A stretch of DNA of 64,000 nucleotides from Candidatus Poriferihabitaceae bacterium (GCA_965203265.1 CBDBBV010000002.1:49299-113298); one strand, 5' to 3'. Shown: positions 17,969 through 26,441, counted from the stretch's first letter. Made by a program: numbers and translations. Notes: a model not told the origin generated them from the letters alone.

Positions 17969-18646
17969 TTATTTCAGATAATCCGCACAAAACTTTTGCA
18001 CGAAAAGTAGCATTTGCTTAACTTGACCGGCGTCGTACTCGTCAAATCTTCCATGCATCGCCTTGTTCCGAAGATCCGCCCAAGATGTGATTTGTTTTTG
18101 TACCAAAGCGTTGTAAATTTCGTTTCTAGCAAGTTCTATATTTAGCGGATTAATTGTAAATGGCTTCCCATTTGAATGCTGATCATCTATCCCTTTTGCG
18201 GAAGCAATTTTTCGCAGGGAGTTTTCTAATACGGCTCCGAGCAATATTGCCGCCGCATCTTTATTGTCGTCAAGAATTTGCTCAGCCATTTCAAGGAAGT
18301 CGGCAAAGATTTCCGCTCGAATTTTGTTGCGAAAATTGATGAGCATGCCGGATTCGATGTTGCTCTTTACTGCTTTAAAAATTCCAATCATACCTGCAAA
18401 ATGTTCGTGGCGATAACGATCAATGTTATCGAAATTAGGAATATCTATAACAGATTTAAACTGCCCAAAGAGAAAGCTGTTTAGACCATACAAAACCTCA
18501 ATCAATTGCCCACCACGTGCAACAATAGAACGAATTTCCTGAATTTTCTCCTGCCCGAGGTAATCACTGGCAACGGAAGCATCCGCTATAAGTTCTTCAC
18601 CTATAGCAATAATCTCTTCGAGTTCTTTTGTTATCTGTTCATTCAT
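17969..18646 (-). CDS. Hypothetical protein with C-terminal HEPN-like (DUF4145-like) motif
   Basis: 225 aa and AT-rich. The C-terminal AAILLGAVLENSLRKIA....WADLRNKAMHG contains an R-x4-H (RNKAMH) motif in a helical context, as in HEPN/DUF4145 proteins. The assignment is from motif memory only. Confidence 0.55.
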   Translation of the reverse strand: MNEQITKELEEIIAIGEELIADASVASDYLGQEKIQEIRSIVARGGQLIEVLYGLNSFLFGQFKSVIDIPNFDNIDRYRHEHFAGMIGIFKAVKSNIESGMLINFRNKIRAEIFADFLEMAEQILDDNKDAAAILLGAVLENSLRKIASAKGIDDQHSNGKPFTINPLNIELARNEIYNALVQKQITSWADLRNKAMHGRFDEYDAGQVKQMLLFVQKFCADYLK

Positions 18647-18655
18647 AACTTATCC

Positions 18656-19636
18656 TCACTTGGTGATTTTCGGGCCGGCGTACACGATGTAAACCGGTTC
18701 TCCTGATTGAACCGGCCACGAGAAGTGTAAACGAAGATTGTGGCGCCGAATTTTTCCGTGCCATGTGCAAAAAAGGCGCTTTTCGGGATCGTCGGGGTGG
18801 GGGAAAGTCAATTTGTCTTTGAAATTATGCTGTTCCGTATCCGACGAGTCCGAAAACAACGAAGTGTCGCCGTGGAAATATTGTTGGTACATCTCATCTG
18901 CTTCGGCGGGGCGCCCTCCACTTTTGTCATGTAAACGCGCGTATTTGTCTAGGATACCAAGCAATTCAATGAAACGATTCGCTGTACTTTTTTCAAACGG
19001 CACCTTGTGATCATCAAGCGGAGTAAAACAATTCTCAGCGAATGTCAGCCTCTCGAATTGGCTTGTCGCGCGGATGCGCAGCTTGCTCCATGACTTGATC
19101 GGCGTTACTTTTTGGAGTCTTGTTGCCAGAGTGCTTGCGTCCCACCAATTTTCTACGGCTACTTGCTGGTCGTCCAATTCCGCGTCTTCTCGCCGCCAGA
19201 TCACATCCACTGGTGAGTAATTCCAATCTGACGGTTTGATGCTGACTAGTCCACATTCTTGCGAATTCATGCAACGATACGCGGCTTCACCGACTGCAGT
19301 ACCCGTAACAAATTCATTATTACGGCACTCTAGCCAATCGTTATTCGCATCATGAAGTGGTTGGTTATCCCAGAAAGGCCCAGAACGATCCAGCCATCTC
19401 ATTACGGCGCGTTGCTTGTCCAATATGCGGATTTTTCCAATTGCTTTTCGCATTCCCATCTTTGGTATTGGGCTTCTTTCCATGAATTCACGATTACAAT
19501 GCACTTCATGACCAAATTGGCGTGCAGTGTCGCAAATTGACATCAAGCGCTCCAGCGCTTCGTGAAATAAAGAAAGATCGTTGAATTGTTTGTGAATCGA
19601 TAAATCATTGGCCAATATATCCATAATCAACTCCAA
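18656..19636 (-). CDS. Hypothetical protein, no recognisable domain (326 aa)
   Basis: Long ORF in an AT-rich region where stops are frequent. Its start overlaps the upstream ATPase gene by 10 nt, and it ends 9 nt before the HEPN-like gene. The C terminus is ..RLFCTWHGKIRRHNLRLHFSWPVQSGEPVYIVYAGPKITK. Confidence 0.6.
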   Translation of the reverse strand: MELIMDILANDLSIHKQFNDLSLFHEALERLMSICDTARQFGHEVHCNREFMERSPIPKMGMRKAIGKIRILDKQRAVMRWLDRSGPFWDNQPLHDANNDWLECRNNEFVTGTAVGEAAYRCMNSQECGLVSIKPSDWNYSPVDVIWRREDAELDDQQVAVENWWDASTLATRLQKVTPIKSWSKLRIRATSQFERLTFAENCFTPLDDHKVPFEKSTANRFIELLGILDKYARLHDKSGGRPAEADEMYQQYFHGDTSLFSDSSDTEQHNFKDKLTFPHPDDPEKRLFCTWHGKIRRHNLRLHFSWPVQSGEPVYIVYAGPKITK

Positions 19637-20769
19637 CCGGCGAAATAGTTCATGTCCTTATCGAACTGATCGAAGAATCCATCCGGCCAATCGTCGAGTC
19701 TGCCTTCGTCGTTCAGAACGATGCTCTGCACTTGCGGGTCGCCGTCTGGGTGGTTGCTACGCGGGCGGAAGAAATACAATGCAACATCTTCGGGGGACAA
19801 CACCTTGCCTTTGACGGCACGCCGGATTCCGTTCAGTATGTGGTCGCTGTGTGTTTCGAGAATGACCTGCACGCCCGCCGCCGCGACTTCGGCTAGAAAT
19901 GCACCCATCTTCGCTTGCCCGGCGGGATGGAGATGTACTTCGGGGTTTTCGATCAGTAGCAGGTCGTCTTTGCTTGCGGATAGGGCGGCTACTATGATGG
20001 GGAGAATCTGTGTTAGCCCGAATCCGGCGTGAACGGGGCGGTGGAGTTTCGTGTCACCGGATGTGCAAAGCCCCAGTGTTGCCGTATTCGTGCGGGCTAT
20101 CGGTTCAATTTGTAGCGCAAAACCCGGGAAAAACCGTGCCATCCGCGCTTTAACCTGATTCAATCGGGTGTCCACCACACCCTTTAATCTCAACCCATCC
20201 AGAACGGGGATAGTGCTACCGGAATAGAGCACACTGACCGCGTATTTTCCATCTGAGCCGACTGTGGGCGTGCGTTGCAAATCTTCAAGTACGTAGTACT
20301 CCCTCGGCCCCCGCCTCTCGGCGGTCAGATACGTGAGCCCTCGCAGACGTTGCGCAAATTCACTATCTCCGTGCGGTAGTGGCAGTAGGTAGCGCAGTTG
20401 AGTTGGATCGGTTTGTTCGGCATCATCGATGCTGACAGATACTACTTTTAGGCCCATGTCTTCCGATTCGCCTTCGAATTTCCATTGAAACCAAGTGGAA
20501 TCTCTGTACTGTAGAGCAATCTCGCAGGATTTTCGGCCATAAGTTCGGTCGATTACATCGAGTGTAGAGCCGAAGCGGACGCCCTTCCCGTTGAGCATTA
20601 GTCTTGACGACCACTCATGCTCGCGCATTGTCTGATGAAGAAGAACGAGAGCCTGTAGTATCGTAGATTTCCCAGATGCATTGGTGCCGGACAACAAAGT
20701 CAGCGGGCGCAGCGGGAGTTTCAATTTTTCAAAACACTTGAAATACTGCAGATCAATTTGTGTCAGCAT
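19627..20769 (-). CDS. ABC/OLD-type AAA ATPase with DUF3696-like C terminus
   Basis: LLSGTNASGKST (Walker A), DDLLLIENPEVHLHP (Walker B/D-loop), ILETHSDH (H-loop). The C-terminal LDDWPDGFFDQ is as I recall for DUF3696. It overlaps the DUF262 gene by 17 nt. Confidence 0.8.
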   Translation of the reverse strand: MLTQIDLQYFKCFEKLKLPLRPLTLLSGTNASGKSTILQALVLLHQTMREHEWSSRLMLNGKGVRFGSTLDVIDRTYGRKSCEIALQYRDSTWFQWKFEGESEDMGLKVVSVSIDDAEQTDPTQLRYLLPLPHGDSEFAQRLRGLTYLTAERRGPREYYVLEDLQRTPTVGSDGKYAVSVLYSGSTIPVLDGLRLKGVVDTRLNQVKARMARFFPGFALQIEPIARTNTATLGLCTSGDTKLHRPVHAGFGLTQILPIIVAALSASKDDLLLIENPEVHLHPAGQAKMGAFLAEVAAAGVQVILETHSDHILNGIRRAVKGKVLSPEDVALYFFRPRSNHPDGDPQVQSIVLNDEGRLDDWPDGFFDQFDKDMNYFAGWS

Positions 20770-21874
20770 CGATAACCTCCTTGAAAATTTTCCGTGTCAT
20801 TTGGAAGCGAGATTTTACCTGTTTGAGATCATTTGATCCATATGTGATTGCAAAGATGAAATCTTCTTCGTCTAAAAGATCGTAAACAGCTTTGTAAATG
20901 GATTCAGCGTGCTTGTCTATCTGATCTTTCGTATATCGCGACAATCCAGTGGACATTACATCCCATAAGGAAGCATTGAGAACACTACGCCGTGCGTGTT
21001 CTGGTTTTCTCTTTCTGAAAGAATTCTTTCCAAACAACATGTAATTGTTGGAAAGTCCCCGGCGAAATTCAGCAGATAACTTAGACAAGTCGGAATCCTC
21101 CATGTTGTTCATTTTACGCAGGCATTTGGCAAGGAAATCGTCCATATCTCCATGATATTCAGCAACACCTAGAAGTTGAAATGCGCAAAATCGATTGACG
21201 AATTCCCTGTCCCGCATTGTTTTCGAACTCAAGCCGCTATCGGTTGCTTTCTGAAAAATATCGGTCTGTGATTCCTCTTTCAAGAAGAGGGTCGCCTCCC
21301 CCATGAAAATACTGTTGCGCATCTGCTGTCTCGTGAGCGGCACGCCACTGTTCACCCTCTCGAAAATATCCAAGCGGGCGCGTTCCGGTGCTTTTGAATC
21401 GATGATATAGAAAATCAGGTTGCAGTCCTCAATGCGGTTCTGAAGTTTTGGGGGCAACTCGGAAAATTTTTTGTTATGAATCTCGCTAACGGGTTTAAGT
21501 TTGAGTTTCAATTCATCTTTCAAGAATCGGTAAAATGTGATCATGCGTTGCAAGCCGTCCACGATTACCATCTTCCCTTCATCATTTTCCGCCATGTAAA
21601 TTACCGGTAGAGGAATACGCATTATCACGGATTCAATCAGCTTGCTTTGCTTGTTTTCCGGCCAGACGAAATCGCGCTGAAAATCCGGGTCCATGATGTA
21701 AGTACCCTGATCGATTCGCTTGATTGCTCCTTCAATCGTTCGCGTTTCGTATCGGATGAGAAACTCGTCGATGGGATACTCATCAAATGACGTGCTCTCT
21801 TCATCAAGTCCTTCCGGTTCCTCCAAAACTCTGTCATACACTTCCGAAGTTTCTTGTGTCATGGCATGGTTCAT
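20753..21874 (-). CDS. DUF262 (ParB/Srx-like, DGQHR-type) domain protein
   Basis: DPDFQRDFVW and MVIVDGLQRMITF are the DUF262/ParB-like hallmark motifs. No DUF1524/HNH C-terminal domain is evident. A GAGGA Shine-Dalgarno lies 9 nt upstream of the ATG at 21874. Confidence 0.8.
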   Translation of the reverse strand: MNHAMTQETSEVYDRVLEEPEGLDEESTSFDEYPIDEFLIRYETRTIEGAIKRIDQGTYIMDPDFQRDFVWPENKQSKLIESVIMRIPLPVIYMAENDEGKMVIVDGLQRMITFYRFLKDELKLKLKPVSEIHNKKFSELPPKLQNRIEDCNLIFYIIDSKAPERARLDIFERVNSGVPLTRQQMRNSIFMGEATLFLKEESQTDIFQKATDSGLSSKTMRDREFVNRFCAFQLLGVAEYHGDMDDFLAKCLRKMNNMEDSDLSKLSAEFRRGLSNNYMLFGKNSFRKRKPEHARRSVLNASLWDVMSTGLSRYTKDQIDKHAESIYKAVYDLLDEEDFIFAITYGSNDLKQVKSRFQMTRKIFKEVIDADTN

Positions 21875-21926
21875 TTTTCTCGATCCTCAAATGGCGTTGG
21901 GGAATTCGGCATCCTTGTCTGATGGG

Positions 21927-22157
21927 TTAGTAATCGAATTCGAATTTGTAGACACGCCAGTCACCCCTTTCAGGGCCAGCGCCTCCTGACCCGGATTGGC
22001 AACCATAGTGTTTTGCATAGTGATTCTCAAGCTTTTGCGCTTCCGATTTAGTATTGCGCCGCCCAAGAATTTGCCAGTTGCGAAGGGTAGGATGCTTTCC
22101 TTCCCAATAACGCCTTCTTTCCCCCGGATTGGTGGTTATTCCAACTCTGCATGGCAT
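21927..22157 (-). CDS. Small conserved-looking hypothetical protein (76 aa), possibly a minimal GIY-YIG-like fold
   Basis: MPCRVGITTNPGERRRYWEGKH..SEAQKLENHYAKHYGC..WRVYKFEFDY. The VGxTxNPxxRxxxW/H plus downstream Glu pattern is reminiscent of GIY-YIG. This assignment is weak. Confidence 0.4.
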   Translation of the reverse strand: MPCRVGITTNPGERRRYWEGKHPTLRNWQILGRRNTKSEAQKLENHYAKHYGCQSGSGGAGPERGDWRVYKFEFDY

Positions 22158-22234
22158 AATTCAGCCCTCTAAGTATGATTTCAACGAAGCGCGCATTATA
22201 TTGCCACCAAATTCATCTAGTCAACCCGAACCCC

Positions 22235-23611
22235 ATGCCCCAACCCACAATCCGCCAGCTGATCCACGCCTTCAGCACCAACCGCCTATCCCGCGAACAA
22301 GTGGCCGCCGAAGCATTATCCGCGGCAAACCGTTCCCCCCAATTATTCACCCACATCAACACCGACATAATCGACCAAGCAACACAAATGGATCGCGCCC
22401 AGCAAGCCGGCAAGCCATTACCGTTGTTTGCCGGAGTGCCGATTACGCTCAAGGATTCCCTCAATGTGCAAGGTCAGCAGACTCTCGCCGGTTCGGTGGT
22501 GTTGCGCGGCGAGGCGGCGGTGGAGGAGGCCGATGCCGTGGTGGTGGGGCATTTGCGCGATGCCGGGGCGTTGTTCATCGGGCGCGCCAACATGAGCGAA
22601 TTCGCCTTCAGCGGCATGGGTTTGAATCCCCATTACGGCAACCCGCAGAGCATCTGGGATCGCGCCACCGGTCGGTTGCCGGGGGGTTCATCTTCGGGCG
22701 GTGCGGTCGGCGTGGCCGAGGGGATCGTGCCGGCCACGGTGGGTTCGGATACGGCCGGGTCGTGTCGCATTCCGGCGGCGTTCAACGGCATTGTCGGCGT
22801 CAAGCCCACCTTTGGCCGGATTTCCCTGCGCGGCATCTATCCGCTGTCGCCGACTTCCGATGCGCCGGGGCCGCTGGCCAACGATGTGGATGGCTGCTTT
22901 CTCCTCGATCATCTGATGATGGGCCGCCTCAAGCACGGCGAGCCGTTGCCGCGATTGCCGCAAATGTCGCGTTCGGATTTTCAATCCGTGCGGTTGGTGG
23001 TGCCGCAGTCGGTCGTTATGGAGCAGCTGGACGAGGCGGTCGCGGCGGCCTTTGCGCGGGCGTTGGCTTGGTTGGAAGGAGCCGGTATTGCCATCGACCA
23101 CGCCCCCATGCCGGCCTTGGACGGCTGTGTCGAGCTGTTCGAGCGGTGCGCCGTGGCGGTGTTCGAGGCGTGGCAGGATCACCGCGAGCGTCTGCGGCGG
23201 CGGGGGGATGAATACGATCCATTCGTCCGCCAACGAATCAGCGCCGGTCGCCATTTCGACTCCGAGGCGCGGCAGGCGTGCTATCGGCAAAAGGCCGAGT
23301 TGGTGGCCGCCTGCCGCCGACAAATGCGCCGAGCGCGCGCCGATGCGCTGATCTATCCCACTGTGCAGTGCGTGCCGCCAGCCATCGCCGAGACTGCTTG
23401 TCCCGACACCATGCGGGCGATCAATTACCGCTGCCTACGCAACACCGCCACGGTCAATTTCTTCAACGGCTGCGCGATTACCTTGCCGTGCCACATACCG
23501 GAGGAGGCGCCGGTCGGGTTGATGCTGGCCGCCGGCGCCGGCGCCGATCAACGCCTGTATGAAATCGCCGCCGGAGTCGAATCCGTTCTCGATGCGGGGC
23601 GGATGGGCTGA
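22235..23611 (+). CDS. Amidase-signature family amidase
   Basis: Contains GGSSSGGAVGVA and GSDTAGSCRIPAAFNGIVGVKPTFGRIS (amidase signature). The start is moved to the ATG at 22235 (MPQPTIRQL), where GC content returns to host level. Track ORF 22175 begins inside island-border sequence. Confidence 0.85.
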   Translation: MPQPTIRQLIHAFSTNRLSREQVAAEALSAANRSPQLFTHINTDIIDQATQMDRAQQAGKPLPLFAGVPITLKDSLNVQGQQTLAGSVVLRGEAAVEEADAVVVGHLRDAGALFIGRANMSEFAFSGMGLNPHYGNPQSIWDRATGRLPGGSSSGGAVGVAEGIVPATVGSDTAGSCRIPAAFNGIVGVKPTFGRISLRGIYPLSPTSDAPGPLANDVDGCFLLDHLMMGRLKHGEPLPRLPQMSRSDFQSVRLVVPQSVVMEQLDEAVAAAFARALAWLEGAGIAIDHAPMPALDGCVELFERCAVAVFEAWQDHRERLRRRGDEYDPFVRQRISAGRHFDSEARQACYRQKAELVAACRRQMRRARADALIYPTVQCVPPAIAETACPDTMRAINYRCLRNTATVNFFNGCAITLPCHIPEEAPVGLMLAAGAGADQRLYEIAAGVESVLDAGRMG

Positions 23612-23631
23612 GTGGACTGAGCGGACTGAGC
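23605..23631. repeat. Nonamer tandem repeat GGACTGAGC (about 3 copies) spanning the amidase stop codon
   Basis: GGGCTGAGT GGACTGAGC GGACTGAGC. The TGA stop at 23609-23611 lies inside the first unit. Confidence 0.85.
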
Positions 23632-23645
23632 GGCCACGCCCGCCG

Positions 23646-24383
23646 TCAGTCGCCCCGGCGTAAATCGGCGGCGGCCTCGAAATAACGCCGACTGAACCAC
23701 AGGAAGAGGATGGTGGACAAACCGGCGGCGCTGAACAACATGCACATCACCATAATCTGATAGCGGGTGGCGATCAGCGGCGAGACGCCGGAGAGTATCT
23801 GCCCGCTCATCATCCCCGGCAGGGCGACCAAGCCCACGGCGAACAGGGCATTCACCAGCGGGATGAGCGCGGTTTGCAGCGCCTGCGCGCGTGCCTCGAT
23901 GTAGCTGCGGTGAACCAATTCGGCTTGCAGTCGTTCGGCGGCTAGGCTGACGCCGTTCATGCTGTTGGAGAAGATCATGCCGGCCAGCGGGATGAAGGCG
24001 TTGGCCTGATACCACGGGTCGAGGTCGAGCACTCCCTGAGTGATCAGTGCGAGGACGCCGCCGCCGCCCAGCAATATGGATAGCAGGGTGGCGGCGTACA
24101 GCGCGCGGCGGTGGTGGGGGACGGTGCGCAGGGCGATCCAAGTGGAGATGAGCACCATGACGGCCGCCAGCAGTAGCACGATCCAAGCGCTTTCGGCGGC
24201 GAATATCCACAGCAGGACATGGCCCACCAACAGTAGTTGCAGCACCATGCGGAAGAAGGCGTAGAACAAGGTGCCGGTATTCAGCGCCCACCAGTAGAAC
24301 ACGGCGACCACCAGCAACGCCGGAATGAAGGCCAGTGCGAGTTGTCCCAGCGGGATGAGTGCTACGCTCGAGGCGGCATTCAT
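23646..24383 (-). CDS. UPF0014/FetB (YbbM)-like ABC-type permease
   Basis: The credible part of track ORF 23646..24809 starts at ATG 24383 (MNAASSVALIPLGQLALAFIPALLVVAVFYW..). It is a 245-aa multi-pass membrane protein with family resemblance to FetB, from memory. The start overlaps the upstream kinase stop (ATGA). Confidence 0.65.
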   Translation of the reverse strand: MNAASSVALIPLGQLALAFIPALLVVAVFYWWALNTGTLFYAFFRMVLQLLLVGHVLLWIFAAESAWIVLLLAAVMVLISTWIALRTVPHHRRALYAATLLSILLGGGGVLALITQGVLDLDPWYQANAFIPLAGMIFSNSMNGVSLAAERLQAELVHRSYIEARAQALQTALIPLVNALFAVGLVALPGMMSGQILSGVSPLIATRYQIMVMCMLFSAAGLSTILFLWFSRRYFEAAADLRRGD

Positions 24384-25423
24384 GGCAACGGCGGCAACGG
24401 CGGGGCGCAGTGGCGCAGCAGGCGGGCGCGGGGGGCGTTTATCGGGATGTGGTCGATCTCCCCCAGATGGTCTTCGAGCCAGCGGCGCATGGCTTCCATC
24501 TCCGGTTGGCGCAGGTTGCGGCGCAGCAATTTCATCACTCTGGGCAGGTGGCGCAGGTAGGCGTCCTTGCCGTCTCGCAGCCACAGGCGCACGAATATGC
24601 CGGCCACCTTGCAATGCCGCTGGGCGCCCCAGACGATCCAATGTTGTCGCAGGTGGTCGGCGTCCATATCGCGGTTGTGGGCGAGATAGTGTTGCGTCAT
24701 ATCGTCCGCCAGCGTCGGCGGGACATCCCGGCGGGCGTCTTCCAACAGAGAGACGAGGTCGTAGGCGGGCGAGCCGATGACCGCGTCCTGATAGTCGAGT
24801 ACGGCGCATTCACCGCCGCCGCCGCATAGCATGAGGTTGTCGATGTGGTAGTCGCGCAGCACCAGCACCGGCGGCAGCGGCGGCAGGGCGGTTAGAATTT
24901 CCGTCCAAATTCGCCGGAATTCATCGCGCGCGCGCGCCGCCACCGCCTGTTCGCGCCGTGCCGGGATATACCAATCGAGCAGCAAATTGGCTTCCGACAG
25001 GGCGATCTCGGTGTCGTAAATCGGCAGATCGATGGCGGCGGCGGCTTCGCGTTGGCGGGCGATGTGCGTCAACACGTCGATGGCTTGCCGATACAGCGCG
25101 TCTTGGTCGTGTCCCTCGGCCAGAAGCCGGGTGAAGGTGTGGTCGCCGAGGTCTTCGAGCAGCAGGAATCCGCTGGATTGGTCGAATGCGAGGATCGCCG
25201 GTACGCGCACGCCGAGGTCGGCGAGATGGCGGGTTACGGCGACGAATTGGCCGATGTTTTCCTCGGGCGGCGGGGCGTCCATCAGCATCGAGGTTGCGCC
25301 GTTCTTGCGCAGTCGTAGGTATCTGCGGAAGGACGCATCCGGCGTGAGCGGCTGAATGCGCGCGTCGCTCCAGCGGTGGCGCGCGAGGAATTCCCGGCGG
25401 AGATTGTCGCGGCAAGCGCTCAC
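24380..25423 (-). CDS. amgK: Aminoglycoside-phosphotransferase-fold kinase, AmgK-like (anomeric MurNAc/GlcNAc kinase)
   Basis: PDASFRRYLRL, MDAPPP, FVAVTRHLADLGVRVP, GFLLLEDLGD and LRDYHIDNLM match the remembered Pseudomonas AmgK pattern and the APH catalytic loop. Confidence 0.65.
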   Translation of the reverse strand: MSACRDNLRREFLARHRWSDARIQPLTPDASFRRYLRLRKNGATSMLMDAPPPEENIGQFVAVTRHLADLGVRVPAILAFDQSSGFLLLEDLGDHTFTRLLAEGHDQDALYRQAIDVLTHIARQREAAAAIDLPIYDTEIALSEANLLLDWYIPARREQAVAARARDEFRRIWTEILTALPPLPPVLVLRDYHIDNLMLCGGGGECAVLDYQDAVIGSPAYDLVSLLEDARRDVPPTLADDMTQHYLAHNRDMDADHLRQHWIVWGAQRHCKVAGIFVRLWLRDGKDAYLRHLPRVMKLLRRNLRQPEMEAMRRWLEDHLGEIDHIPINAPRARLLRHCAPPLPPLP

Positions 25424-25444
25424 CGCCGGGCGCCGAGCCGATGG

Positions 25445-26206
25445 TCAGGCGGCGCCGGAGCGGGTCAGAATTTCGTGCCCGCTTTCGGTTACCGCGATGG
25501 TGTGCTCCCACTGCGCCGACAGACTGCGATCCCTCGTTACCACGGTCCAGTTGTCCGACAACAGCCGAGTCTCCCGCTTGCCCGCGTTGATCATCGGCTC
25601 GATGGTGAAGGTCATGCCGGCTTGCAGAGTCAGGCCGGTGCCCGGCGTGCCGTAGTGCAGCACCTGCGGGTCCTCGTGGAAGACGCGCCCGATGCCGTGG
25701 CCGCAGTATTCGCGCACCACGGAGAAGCCGCTGCGCTCGGCGTGCCGTTGGATGGCGTGGCCGATGTCCCCCAGTTGGATGCCCGGTTTCACCAGATCGA
25801 TGCCCCGGTACAGGCATTCGCGGCTGATCTCGCACACCCGCCGGGCGCGGATGGACGGTTCGCCGACCAAGTACATGCGGCTGGTGTCGCCGTGGTATTC
25901 GTCCTTGATCACGGTGATGTCGATGTTGAGGATGTCGCCGTTTTTCAGCTTCTTGGCCGAGGGAATGCCGTGGCACACCACGTGGTTTACCGAGGTGCAG
26001 ATGGATTTGGGGAAGCCGCGATAATTGAGCGGCGCGGGGATCGCTTGTTGCCTGTGTACGATGTGGTGGTGGCAGATGCGGTCGAGTTCGGCGGTGGTTA
26101 TGCCGGCTTGAACATGCTCGCCGATCATGTCCAGCACCTCGGCGGCCAGCCGCCCGGCCACCCGCATTTTTTCTATCTCCTCGCTGGTTTTGGTCGATAC
26201 CGCCAT
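25445..26206 (-). CDS. map: Methionine aminopeptidase, type I
   Basis: MAVSTKTSEEIEKMRVAGRLAAEVL.., NHVVCHGIP, DIGHAIQ, HGIGR, FTIEP are canonical MAP motifs. The start is set at ATG 26206. The gene is divergent from rpsB, as in E. coli. Confidence 0.9.
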   Translation of the reverse strand: MAVSTKTSEEIEKMRVAGRLAAEVLDMIGEHVQAGITTAELDRICHHHIVHRQQAIPAPLNYRGFPKSICTSVNHVVCHGIPSAKKLKNGDILNIDITVIKDEYHGDTSRMYLVGEPSIRARRVCEISRECLYRGIDLVKPGIQLGDIGHAIQRHAERSGFSVVREYCGHGIGRVFHEDPQVLHYGTPGTGLTLQAGMTFTIEPMINAGKRETRLLSDNWTVVTRDRSLSAQWEHTIAVTESGHEILTRSGAA

Positions 26207-26441
26207 GATGATCGCCGATCTTGGGGCAAAATCCGAAAGGATGATTATGCCCCAAATTCCGCTTTTTTCTGCAATCGTTTTTGGTAAAATCCGCCGCCCC
26301 AAGCGTCGGCGGGGGCAACTTCACCGGCGCATCATGCCGCACACGGCGATTATGTCCGCCCGGGTGCCGCGAGTGCCGATGCAGGCGGTCGCGGTTGGTG
26401 GACAGTAACCGTGGAGGATCAACCCGAGAGAAATTTTTATC

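Larger units (their letters stand above)
9952..22160 (-). other. Horizontally acquired defence island; all genes on the minus strand, no mobility genes seen
   Basis: There is an abrupt visible drop in GC relative to the flanks, strongest over 12505-16066 and 17969-22160. The content is R-M and candidate defence genes. The island is bounded by core-like genes (EEP at 9939, amidase at 22235). Confidence 0.7.

Noticed and set aside
9940-22234. Integrase, transposase, att repeats or plasmid/phage genes that would define the island as a classical mobile element
   Set aside because: None of the ORFs shows tyrosine/serine recombinase or DDE motifs. I could not see flanking direct repeats by eye. 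It is therefore annotated as an island of unknown mobility rather than as a mobile_element.
22129-23211. 360-aa ORF overlapping the amidase gene in another frame, and the 20-codon 5' extension of the amidase ORF (22175-22234)
   Set aside because: The alternate frame is Arg/Gly-rich noise. The extension lies in AT-rich island-border sequence, and the amidase-like sequence begins at MPQPTIRQL.
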